A stretch of DNA of 64,000 nt from Myxococcales bacterium (lineage in GTDB: Bacteria; Myxococcota_A; Polyangia; Palsa-1104). Positions 55,262 through 64,000 of this stretch are shown here, one piece after another. The first letter of the stretch is position 1. Each line of letters opens with the position of its first letter. The stretch lies in NCBI GenBank assembly GCA_028287105.1, contig JAQBQH010000344.1:26-64025 (forward strand). Direction: 5' to 3'. The notes under the pieces were generated by a model. The model searched no databases and was not told the DNA's origin. It saw only the letters and a program-made list of their open reading frames with translations. The position numbers and the translations under genes are program-made.

Positions 55262-56422
55262 ATGCTGCGGTTTTCGTTGGTCGCGCTCACTGCGTTCGCC
55301 GTCGTTGGTTGCGGCGGCGCCGACTGTTCGCAGTCGGCCGACATCCAGGTGACGGTGGTGCCCAACGCCGACGTCGCCACCGCGAGCATCATCCGACTGC
55401 ACGTCATGCTCGTCGTCGATGACGGGAATCCGCGCAGCCTCGACATCACGCCGCAGAAGACGCTCACGACGGCGGGATCGGCGTTCATCTTGCGGCCCGA
55501 TCCCGCGCCCTCGCCGAAGTATCTCGTGACCCTGACGGTGCAGGCGTTCGACGCGGACTCGACGCTGATCGCGATTGGATCGGAGTCGCAGCAGGTCCTC
55601 AACCAGGGATGCAATCGGCTGTCGCTGCACCTGGCCGGGCTGCCGGCGGCGCCGGTGTTCGACCTGGCCTCGTCGAGCACCGACATGGCTGGCATCGTGC
55701 CTCCAGTGCCTCCCGACCTGGCAGGTTGCATTGGCGGAACGCCCGACGAGGATTCCGACGGTCGCTCCAACATCTGCGACGCCTGCCCGGCCGACTCGGA
55801 CCCTTCGCCCGTCGACAGCGACGGCGACGGCCTGCCGGACGCGTGCGACCCGGATCCGGCGGCGGCCACCAACAAGCTCCTCTACTTCGAGCCGTTCGAC
55901 GCGGTCAATCCGAACTGGAGCGGCAACAACGCCAACACCATCACGCAGAGCTATCTCAAGCTCGATCCGAACCAGCCCGGCATCGCGCTGTCCAACAACG
56001 CCACCGATACGCTGCCGCTCAACGTCCGTGCCCAGACGTTCGTTTTCCCGGAGGGCTACTATCCGGGCACGAGCCCGATCGACACCGGGTTGTTCGTTGG
56101 CACCAACCCCAATCCCGGGGCACCCGGCGCCATGGGCGCGCTCTGTCGCCTCAACGGTTCCAACAACACGCTCGAAGTGTTCCCGGTGGCTAACGGGACT
56201 CTGCTAGGCGGAACCGCTACGGCCCTGAATATCAACGGCGCTCTCTATCGGATTCGCTTGACGCAGCGTGGCAATAAGTGGAACTGCGAAGCTGTCGTCA
56301 ACAACACGACGGTGGCTGTCAATACGACGCAGGCCGTCACGGCGCCGCTCTACATCTCGCTCCGCGCCGAAAACATGTCGGTCCACTTTCACTCCGTCGT
56401 CGCGGAAACCGCTTTACCGTAG
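55262..56422 (+). CDS. Lipoprotein with thrombospondin type-3-like Ca-binding repeats and C-terminal lectin-like beta domain
   Basis: Lipobox AVVGC and a TSP3-like Asp-rich module (DEDSDGRSNICDACPADSDPSPVDSDGDGLPDACDPD). The C-terminal ~200 aa are N/T/G-rich and beta-like (concanavalin/LamG-like by composition only). Confidence 0.65.
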   Translation: MLRFSLVALTAFAVVGCGGADCSQSADIQVTVVPNADVATASIIRLHVMLVVDDGNPRSLDITPQKTLTTAGSAFILRPDPAPSPKYLVTLTVQAFDADSTLIAIGSESQQVLNQGCNRLSLHLAGLPAAPVFDLASSSTDMAGIVPPVPPDLAGCIGGTPDEDSDGRSNICDACPADSDPSPVDSDGDGLPDACDPDPAAATNKLLYFEPFDAVNPNWSGNNANTITQSYLKLDPNQPGIALSNNATDTLPLNVRAQTFVFPEGYYPGTSPIDTGLFVGTNPNPGAPGAMGALCRLNGSNNTLEVFPVANGTLLGGTATALNINGALYRIRLTQRGNKWNCEAVVNNTTVAVNTTQAVTAPLYISLRAENMSVHFHSVVAETALP

Positions 56423-56436
56423 TAGACTTGGCCTGA

Positions 56437-58179
56437 GTGGCCGCCCAGGCTTCACCGACGGCCGTCGGCTCGCTGCTGAACGGCACTTACCGACTCGAGC
56501 GCATCATCGCCGAGGGCGGTATGGGCGTGGTCTTCGAGGCGCAACATGTGCGTCTTCCGCGCAGGTTTGCCGTCAAGATCTTGGGCAAGCCGGTGGACTC
56601 GGACACCACGGCGACGACGCTGACGCGTTTCCGTCGCGAGGCGGAGATCGCGTCGACGCTGGCGCATCCGCACATCGTCGAGGTGTTCGACTACCAGGTG
56701 GCCGAGTCGGGCGCCCCCTACCTGGTGATGGAGCTCCTCGAGGGCGAGGACCTCGCCGATCGGCTCAAGCGCGGGCGCGTGAACATCATCGCCACCCTGC
56801 GCATCATCGCCGAGATCGCCGAGGCGCTCGACGTCGCGCACACCGGCGGTGTCGTGCACCGCGATCTCAAGCCGGCGAACATCTTTTTAACCAAGCGCGG
56901 CGCGCGCGAGGATCACGTCAAGGTCCTCGACTTCGGCGTCTCCAAGCTCATCGACTCGGCGACGCTGACACAAGAGAAGGCGATGGTCGGCACGCCGCTC
57001 TACATGTCACCCGAGCAGGCCGTCGGTACGCAGGAGCTCACGCCCGAGTCGGACATCTTCTCGCTCGGCGCCATCTGCTACGAGATGCTGACCGGGCGGC
57101 GCGCGTTCGCGGCGTCGTCGATTCCGTCGATCCTGTATCAGATCGTGCACGGTCCGACGCCGAGGCTGGCGGGCAAGGCGCCGGGGCTGAGCGCTGCCGT
57201 CGACGAAGTGTTCGGGCGCGTGCTGGCCAAGCGCAAGGAGAACCGCTACAAGCGCGCCACGCAGTTCGCCGAAGATCTGCGCGTGGCGCTCGGCCGCGAG
57301 GAGCCGGGCGATCTGGCGCCGCGCACGCTCGCCTTCGACGGCGACAGCCTCGAGTCGCTGGCCGCGGCGCACGAGCCGACGAGCGACGTCATGGGTCGCG
57401 GCGCGATGGTCACCGGTGCCGACGACACGGAGCTCGACTCGTCGACGAAGGCCGAAGAGGCGCTGGCGCCGATGTCGCCGCGCCCCGTGAGCGGCGCGCA
57501 GACCGCGGCGGGCAAGCGCGCGCCGTCGTCGGTGGTGTTCGATCCGGCCAGCGCGCCGAATTCGTTCGATCCGATGTCCGAGCGCTCCTACACGCAGGAG
57601 CTGCGCGCCGGATCGCGGCGTCGCTCGTCGCTGGTGCTGGGGGCGCTGGCGCTGGCGGCTCTCGCTGGTGTAGTGGCGCTCCTGCAAAGCGGGACGCCGC
57701 TGCTCAGCTCGCCCGCGGCCGCGCCGGCTGCGCCGCCCGCGCCGAGCGGAGCGACCGCGGCGACTGCGCCTGCCGCGCCGATGGGCGTGGCCGGCACGAC
57801 CGACGATGAAGATCCGCCGCCCGACAAGACCGCCGCGCCCGACAAGGTCGACAAGGCCGCCACGCCGTCGACGCGCTTCGACCCGGAGCCGGTCGAGCGC
57901 CATCCCGACGTGCAGTTCACCTTCCACGTGTTCCCGCGCGGCGCCGAGATCCTCGTCGACGACAAGAAGATCGGCGGTACGCGCATGACGCTGCCCTACG
58001 GCAGGGACGCCCACCGCGTGCTGGTGCGCGCGCCCGGCTACCACACCATCACCACGAGCGCCTCGTCGACGGCGAACCGCACCTTCGAGCTGCGCATGGA
58101 TCGGATCGTCGTGCGCACCAAGAAGGTCGTCGCGCCGCAGCGGCCTGCCCACGACGCGGCGCCGGTACAAGACCTGTGA
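56437..58179 (+). CDS. Membrane Ser/Thr protein kinase with C-terminal PEGA domain, 580 aa
   Basis: GTG start. Kinase motifs: GGMGVVFEA...AVKIL, HRDLKPANIFL, DFGVSK, GTPLYMSPE. A TM segment (LVLGALALAALAGVVALL), a Pro/Ala-rich linker, and PEGA (FTFHVFPRGAEILVDDKKIGGTRMTLPYGRDAHRVLVRAPGYH). Confidence 0.85.
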   Translation: MAAQASPTAVGSLLNGTYRLERIIAEGGMGVVFEAQHVRLPRRFAVKILGKPVDSDTTATTLTRFRREAEIASTLAHPHIVEVFDYQVAESGAPYLVMELLEGEDLADRLKRGRVNIIATLRIIAEIAEALDVAHTGGVVHRDLKPANIFLTKRGAREDHVKVLDFGVSKLIDSATLTQEKAMVGTPLYMSPEQAVGTQELTPESDIFSLGAICYEMLTGRRAFAASSIPSILYQIVHGPTPRLAGKAPGLSAAVDEVFGRVLAKRKENRYKRATQFAEDLRVALGREEPGDLAPRTLAFDGDSLESLAAAHEPTSDVMGRGAMVTGADDTELDSSTKAEEALAPMSPRPVSGAQTAAGKRAPSSVVFDPASAPNSFDPMSERSYTQELRAGSRRRSSLVLGALALAALAGVVALLQSGTPLLSSPAAAPAAPPAPSGATAATAPAAPMGVAGTTDDEDPPPDKTAAPDKVDKAATPSTRFDPEPVERHPDVQFTFHVFPRGAEILVDDKKIGGTRMTLPYGRDAHRVLVRAPGYHTITTSASSTANRTFELRMDRIVVRTKKVVAPQRPAHDAAPVQDL

Positions 58180-58925
58180 TGCGCCGCCTCCTCGCGCCGG
58201 CGATCGCGCTGGCGTGTCTCGCGTCCGCCCCGGCCTACGCCGCCCCCGACGAGGAATCGCCGGAAAAGGCGCAGGCGCGCATGCTCTTGTCGCAAGGCAA
58301 TCAGCTCTTCGAGCGCGGTGACCTGCGCGCGGCGCTCGCCGATTTTCGCGCGGCGTACGCGCTCTATCCCAGCCCCAAGCTCCTGGTGAACGCCGCCGCC
58401 GCCGAGCGCGAGCTGGGCGATCTGCCCGGCGCCGCCACCGACCTGCGCCACTTCCTCGACGACGCCACCGAGGACGAGAGCGCGCTGCTCGACAAGGCGC
58501 GCTCCGATCTACGCGCCATCGAGAAGAAGGTCGGACGCATCGGCATCAAGGCGTGGCCTGCGCGCACGGCGCTCGAGATCGACGGTCGCGCCGCGCGCGA
58601 CCCGACCTACGTCAAGCCGGGCGCCCATTCGGTCAAGGTGCGCGCCGCCATCGGGGTGCAGCTCGATCGCGACGTCGAGGTTGCCGCGGGCGAGTCGATG
58701 GAGCTGGCCGTCCCCGAGGGCGCGCAGATGGTCGCTACCGCGTTGCCGCGCGAGCCGCGGGCGGTGGTGAAGAAGAAGCGCACGTGGTTGGTGCCGGTGG
58801 TCGTCGTCGGTGCGCTCCTCATCGCAGGCGGCGTCACGGCGGGCGTGCTGGTCGGAACGCAGACGACGACGGGCAAACCGCTGTCGGGCGATCTTGGAAC
58901 GTTCGGCTTCTCGCAGTTCCACTAG
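58176..58925 (+). CDS. Secreted TPR plus PEGA domain protein with C-terminal membrane anchor
   Basis: The start overlaps the kinase stop. Signal peptide MMRRLLAPAIALACLASAPAYA, a TPR-like region (NQLFERGDLRAALADFRAAYALYP), PEGA (GRIGIKAWPARTALEIDGRAARDPTYVKPGAHSVKVRA), and a C-terminal TM segment (WLVPVVVVGALLIAGGVTAGVLV). Confidence 0.7.
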   Translation: MMRRLLAPAIALACLASAPAYAAPDEESPEKAQARMLLSQGNQLFERGDLRAALADFRAAYALYPSPKLLVNAAAAERELGDLPGAATDLRHFLDDATEDESALLDKARSDLRAIEKKVGRIGIKAWPARTALEIDGRAARDPTYVKPGAHSVKVRAAIGVQLDRDVEVAAGESMELAVPEGAQMVATALPREPRAVVKKKRTWLVPVVVVGALLIAGGVTAGVLVGTQTTTGKPLSGDLGTFGFSQFH

Positions 58926-58926
58926 C

Positions 58927-59973
58927 CGGAGCCCGACAGCCGCGCGGCTCGACGGCCTCACCGGCGTCCGCTTCGTCGCGGCGGCTTGGGTATTCGCCTA
59001 CCACTTCTTCGTGCTCACCGTCGCGGGCGCGCCATCGTGGCTGCGCGACGTGCAAGCGAGCGGTCACGCCGCGGTGTCGCTCTTCTTCGTCCTCTCGGGA
59101 TTCGTGCTGGCCTACAACTACGCCGCGCCGCTCGAGGCGGGCCGCGTCTCGCGCGCGCGCTTCTGGTGGGCGCGGTTCGCGCGCGTGGTGCCGCTCTACG
59201 CGCTGCTCATCGTGGTCGAGATTCCGCTCTCGCTCCATGCCGGCCTCGGCGGCGCGCGCGTGGCCGCGGCGACGGCCGCCGATCTGGCGGGGCTGCAGGC
59301 GTGGATCCCGCCCATCGTCTTCGTCGGCAACACGCCGGGCTGGAGCGTCAGCGTCGAGCTGTTCTTCTACGTCGCCTTCCCGTGGCTGGCGGCGCGTCTG
59401 TTCCAGACGCCGCGTCGCGCGCTCGCCGAGCTGGCGGCGTTCGTCCTTGCGGCGCTGGCGACGGCGGCGCTGCCGTCGCTCTTGCCCGCCCAGAGCGGCT
59501 GGGCGCTGTTCGCCAAGTGCGGCCCGCTGACCCGGCTGCCCGAGTTCGTCGTCGGCATCGGGCTCGGGCGCGCCTTCTTGCGCGGGCAGCTGCGCCTATC
59601 GCCGCGCTTAGCGACGCTGCTGGCGATCGTCGCGGTCGGTCTCATGGCCGTCGTCATCGGCGTGCAGTCGCAGCTGCCGCGTTACTTCCTCCACGCCGTC
59701 CTGCTCGTTCCCTTCGCGCTCTTCTTGTACGCGGTGGCACACGGCGGCGTCGTCGGTCGCGCGCTCGGCTGGCGGCCGCTCACGATCCTCGGTGAGGTGA
59801 GCTACGGGCTCTACCTTTTACAGATGCCGCTCTTTCAGGCGATCGGCGGCAAGTACGAGTGGTCGGCGATGACGTTGTGCGGATACTTCGTGCTGCTCGT
59901 CGGCTGCGCGACGGTGCTGCACTTCGCCGTCGAGCGACCGGCGCAGCGCTGGCTCCTCTCGGCGCGCTCCTAG
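58927..59973 (+). pseudogene. Acyltransferase family 3 (OafA-like) O-acyltransferase lacking a usable in-frame start (possible pseudogene or overlapping start at 58810)
   Basis: The AT3 N-terminal signature RLDGLTGVRFVAAAWVFAYHF begins 8 codons after the upstream TAG at 58923-58925. No ATG/GTG/TTG lies in frame between them; the only upstream in-frame start (58810) overlaps the preceding gene by 116 nt and encodes Arg-rich sequence. The body otherwise has intact AT3 polytopic architecture (...GNTPGWSVSVELFFYVAFP...). Confidence 0.55.
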
Positions 59974-60677
59974 AGCCCGAGCGCGCGCGCGTGGTGGGCG
60001 AGCGCGTCGACGACGTGGCGGTCCCAGTATTCCCACGTGTGCGCGCCGGGATGCTCGCGATACTGATGCGGCACGTCGAGCGCGTGCAGCCGCGCGTGGA
60101 AGCGCGCGTTGTCGGGCAAGAGGGGATCGTCGGTGCCGCAGTCGAAGGAGAGGGCACCCATGGCCGCGCCGTCGACGCGCGCGGCCAGCGTATCGACGTC
60201 GAGATCGTCGAGCGCCGCCTCATCGCCGTCGGCGAAGCCTGCCCAGGGCAGCGACGGCAGCTCCGCGCGCGCCGGCAAGCGGCTCGAGTGCGCGTAGATC
60301 GATGCGTAGCGCTCGGGATACTTGAGCCCGAGGCGAATTGCGCCGTAGCCGCCCATCGACAGCCCGCCGATGGCGGCGCGTCCTTCGCGCGCGCGAAAGG
60401 TGCGCGCCACGTCGGCGGGCAGGTCGTCGACGATCAGCCGCTCGTGCGCGCCGACGTAGTAGCTGTTCTCGCCCGACGGCATCACGATCAAGAGCGGCAG
60501 CCCGGCCGCGTGGCGTAGGAGGCTCGATTTGTAGAGCCAGGCGCGGTGGTCGTCGTCGTGGCCGTGGAGGAGATACAAGACGGCCCACGGTGGGGCGCCG
60601 ACCTCCGGCACCAGGGCCGAGTAGGTGGTGGTGCGGCCCAGCGCGGCGCTGTAGAGCTCGACGGTGACGACGCTCAT
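59970..60677 (-). CDS. Esterase (putative esterase / esterase D family, alpha/beta hydrolase)
   Basis: VLYLLHGHDDDHRAWL...AIGGLSMGGYGAIRLGLKYPERYASIYAHSS (GxSxG nucleophile elbow), with a C-terminal His region. The stop overlaps the AT3 gene convergently by 4 nt. Confidence 0.8.
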   Translation of the reverse strand: MSVVTVELYSAALGRTTTYSALVPEVGAPPWAVLYLLHGHDDDHRAWLYKSSLLRHAAGLPLLIVMPSGENSYYVGAHERLIVDDLPADVARTFRAREGRAAIGGLSMGGYGAIRLGLKYPERYASIYAHSSRLPARAELPSLPWAGFADGDEAALDDLDVDTLAARVDGAAMGALSFDCGTDDPLLPDNARFHARLHALDVPHQYREHPGAHTWEYWDRHVVDALAHHARALGL

Positions 60678-60744
60678 ACGGCGAGCCTACCACCGCCCGG
60701 CGCCAATTTTCGCGCGCCGCGCCGGGCCGACGTACGATGCGGTC

Positions 60745-61622
60745 ATGCAGGAGCTCGTCGACCGATTTCGTCGACATCTCGAGTCGGAGAAGCGTGCGTC
60801 GCCGCACACGGTGCGCAACTATCTTCTCAACATCGAGCAACTGGTCGCGTTCATGCGCGAAAAGGGGCGCCCGCTCCGGCCTGCCGCGGTTGACATCCCC
60901 CTTTTGCGTTCTTACCTTGCCTCGTTGTTCGAACGTAACGAAGCGTCGACGATCGCGCGCAAGCTGTCGGCGGTTCGTGCGTTCTTGCGCTTTTTGCGAC
61001 GCGAAAAGGTGATCGAGGAGAACGTGGCGATGTTGTTGCGCCCGCCGAAGGCGAAGAAGTCGCTGCCGACGTTCTTGACCGTCGAGCAGGCGGGCGTGCT
61101 CGTCGAGACGCCCGACAAGACGCGCGACGCCGCGCTCTTCGAGGTGCTCTACGGCTGCGGGCTGCGCGTCTCGGAGTGCGTCGGCCTCGACCTCGGCGAT
61201 CTCGACGACGACGTCGTGCGCGTGCGCGCGGGCAAGGGCAAAAAGGATCGCGTCGTGCCGCTCGGCGACAAGGCCAAACAGGCGATCAGCCGCTGGCTGC
61301 CCGAGCGGCTGGCGCTCCATCCCGTCGACGATGCGCTCTTCGTCAACCGTCGCGGCCGCCGCTTGACCGCGCGCTCGGTGCGCCGCTTCCTCGACGCCCG
61401 CACGCACGCCGCCGATCTGCCCAAGACCCATCCGCACGCGCTGCGCCATTCGTACGCGACGCACCTTCTGGCGTCGGGCGCCGATCTGCGCGCCATCCAG
61501 GAGCTGCTCGGCCACGCGTCGTTGAAGACCACGGCGCGCTACGCGCACGTCGACTTCGAGTATCTTGCTCGCGCCTACGAGAACCACCCGCACGCGGGCG
61601 AAATGTTCAAGACAGGAAAAAA

Positions 61623-61626
<4 letters not shown>
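60745..61626 (+). CDS. xerC: Tyrosine site-specific recombinase XerC (CodV-type)
   Basis: An N-terminal SAM-like core-binding domain ([33 protein letters not shown]) and a catalytic domain with RHSYATHLL...[15 protein letters not shown] (R-H-R-Y tetrad). It sits in the conserved position before hslVU. Confidence 0.85.
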
Positions 61627-62153
<527 letters not shown>

Positions 62154-62155
62154 TC

Positions 62156-63565
62156 ATGCCGGTGCGGGATCCGCGCGCGCTCACTCCGCGCGCCATCGTC
62201 GAGGAGCTCGACCGCTACATCGTCGGGCAGAAGGCCGCCAAGCGCGCCGTCGCCGTGGCGCTGCGCAGCCGCTGGCGGCGCCAGCAGGTGCCGCAGCCCA
62301 TGCGCGACGAGATCACGCCCAAGAACATCATGCTCATCGGGCCCACGGGCGTCGGCAAGACGGAGATCGCGCGCCGGCTCGCCAAGCTCGCGGGGGCCCC
62401 CTTCATCAAGGTCGAGGCGTCGAAGTTCACCGAGGTGGGCTACGTCGGCCGCGACGTCGACTCGATGGTGCGCGATCTCGCCGAGACGGCCATCTCGATG
62501 CTGCGCGACGAGGAGCGCGAGCGCTTGCGTCCTCGCGCGCGGGAGAACGCCGAGGAGCGCCTGCTCGACGTCTTGCTGCCGCCCGCGCCACGCGCGCCCG
62601 CGGCGTCCGGCTTCGGCGCGCCCGAGCGTGGCTCGTCAGGGGCGATCCCGCTGCCGAGCATCGGCGAGTCGACGTCGCCCGGCGAGAATTCCACGCGCGA
62701 GAGCCTCCGCCGCCTGCTGCGCGAGGGGAAGCTCGACGAGAAGATCGTCGAGATCGAGACGACCGATTCGTCCCAGCCGTTCGGCGACGTCTTCTCGGGG
62801 ACGGGCATGGAGGACATGGTGATGAATCTGCGCGACATGATGCCGCAGGGCGCGCGCAAGTCGAAGCGGCGGCGGCTCCCCGTGCTCGAGGCGCTCGAGG
62901 CGCTCACCGACGAGGAGGCGGCCAAGCTCATGGACATGGATCGCCTGCAGAAGGACGCGATCCGCCGCGCCGAACAGGCCGGCATCATCTTCATCGACGA
63001 GATCGACAAGGTCGTGGGGCGCGAGGGCGCGGGCCACGGCCCCGACGTCTCGCGCGAGGGCGTCCAGCGCGACCTCCTCCCCATCGTCGAGGGCTCGACC
63101 GTGTCGACGAAATACGGGCCGCTCAAGACGGACCACGTCTTGTTCATCGCCGCGGGCGCGTTCCACGTCTCGAAGCCGAAGGACATGATCCCCGAGCTAC
63201 AGGGGCGCTTCCCCATCCGCGTCGAGCTCGAGTCGCTCACCGACGACGATCTCGTCCGCATCCTCACCGAGCCCGAGAACGCGCTCACGAAGCAGTACAC
63301 GGCGTTGCTCGCCACGGAACAGGTCATCCTCGACATTCGCCCCGACGCCGTGGCCGAGATCGCGCGCATCGCCGCGCTCGTCAACGCGCGCATGGAGAAC
63401 ATCGGAGCGCGCCGCCTGCATACGATCATGGAGCGAGTGCTCGACGAGCTCGCCTTCGAGGCGCCGAGCCTCGGCCCCACGACGATCCCCATCACGGCGG
63501 CCTACGTGCGCGAGCGCCTCGACGGCATCCTCAAGGACGAGGATCTGTCGCAGTACGTGCTCTGA
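62156..63565 (+). CDS. hslU: ATP-dependent protease ATPase subunit HslU
   Basis: [34 protein letters not shown]...[51 protein letters not shown] (Walker A) ... [11 protein letters not shown] (Walker B) ... a C-terminal SRH. Confidence 0.95.
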   Translation: MPVRDPRALTPRAIVEELDRYIVGQKAAKRAVAVALRSRWRRQQVPQPMRDEITPKNIMLIGPTGVGKTEIARRLAKLAGAPFIKVEASKFTEVGYVGRDVDSMVRDLAETAISMLRDEERERLRPRARENAEERLLDVLLPPAPRAPAASGFGAPERGSSGAIPLPSIGESTSPGENSTRESLRRLLREGKLDEKIVEIETTDSSQPFGDVFSGTGMEDMVMNLRDMMPQGARKSKRRRLPVLEALEALTDEEAAKLMDMDRLQKDAIRRAEQAGIIFIDEIDKVVGREGAGHGPDVSREGVQRDLLPIVEGSTVSTKYGPLKTDHVLFIAAGAFHVSKPKDMIPELQGRFPIRVELESLTDDDLVRILTEPENALTKQYTALLATEQVILDIRPDAVAEIARIAALVNARMENIGARRLHTIMERVLDELAFEAPSLGPTTIPITAAYVRERLDGILKDEDLSQYVL

Positions 63566-63649
63566 CCAAAGGGATCGGCAAAGAGACGATGTCACCTCGT
63601 GCTGATTCCCTCTCCGAGCGTGCACATCGTCGTCTCATCGAAAACAGGG

Positions 63650-63668
63650 GCCTGATCTTGATTCAGGC
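63650..63668 (+). terminator. Hairpin in the hslU 3' region (possible bidirectional terminator, weak)
   Basis: GCCTGA-TCTTGAT-TCAGGC, a perfect 6-bp stem with a 7-nt loop. It lies 85 nt after the hslU stop and 65 nt beyond the stop of the convergent minus-strand gene. There is no clear U-tract. The surrounding 63566-63732 segment has lower GC. Confidence 0.2.
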
Positions 63669-63732
63669 GATAGGCGGTCCTCGAGCGCAAGTGATCGAAA
63701 TGTGCTGCGTCCAAACGGGACCGAAGGGCCGG

Positions 63733-64000
63733 CTAATACCCGAGCTCGAGCGGAGCTAAATCAGGTGGCAACCAGGCCGCCCGGGCCGCCGGAGACATCA
63801 GCTGATCGCGAGACCAGAAACGAAACAGGAAGGTCTTGTCCGCGAGCGGGCCCGCGAGGATCGTTTCCACGCGGGACGACAGGGGCGTCGTCGCCCTGGC
63901 GAGCGCGGCGGCGAGGAGGCGCACGTAGGCGGCTGTGATCGTCTCGTGATAGCCGCTCGTCTCCGAGTTCTTCGTGCCGTGGCTGTCGTTGAGGGCGCGG
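63733..64000 (-). CDS. Hypothetical protein, C-terminal part (gene starts beyond the window end)
   Basis: The minus-strand frame is open from the window end down to the TAG at 63733-63735: ...RALNDSHGTKNSETSGYHETITAAYVRLLAAALARATTPLSSRVETILAGPLADKTFLFRFWSRDQLMSPAARAAWLPPDLAPLELGY. It is convergent with hslU. Confidence 0.45.
   Translation of the reverse strand, partial: RALNDSHGTKNSETSGYHETITAAYVRLLAAALARATTPLSSRVETILAGPLADKTFLFRFWSRDQLMSPAARAAWLPPDLAPLELGY

Overview
This is a ~70% GC, gene-dense chromosomal window. Composition and gene content (PEGA-domain eukaryote-like Ser/Thr kinases, a giant TPR protein, a PilA-like pilin N-terminus) suggest Myxococcota; this is inference, not a database result. 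Off-frame ORFs in this DNA are typically Arg/Ala/Gly/Pro-rich artefacts, and I trimmed or rejected many of them. All family calls below come from reading motifs by eye, not from searches.

Conserved housekeeping blocks:
- mreB-mreC-mreD-mrdA(PBP2)-rodA, followed by a secreted protein and an ECF sigma/anti-sigma pair.
- hemX(ccsA-like)-hemA-hemC.
- dprA-topA-trmFO ... xerC-hslV-hslU, interrupted by a ~6.5 kb accessory block: TerC, a thrombospondin-type-3-repeat lipoprotein, a second PEGA Ser/Thr kinase with a PEGA partner, an AT3 acyltransferase with no usable start codon, and an esterase.

Most unusual locus (minus strand, 18071 down to 1):
- An apparent operon: membrane Ser/Thr kinase with periplasmic PEGA repeats, then five tandem DctP/TRAP-like solute-binding paralogs, then a 3383-aa TPR giant, a TPR lipoprotein and a GT2 glycosyltransferase.
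- Genes are joined by 1-4 nt start/stop overlaps, and no TRAP membrane subunits are present.
- This looks like a candidate undescribed SBP-dependent Ser/Thr-kinase sensing system.

Other observations:
- An 11-mer, GCTAGGATGCG, recurs three times, each time with its ATG serving as a gene start.
- A 57-aa zinc-ribbon ORF upstream of dprA was missed by the ORF track.
- trmFO and terC overlap convergently by 80 nt.

No CRISPR array, rRNA or tRNA was recognised.
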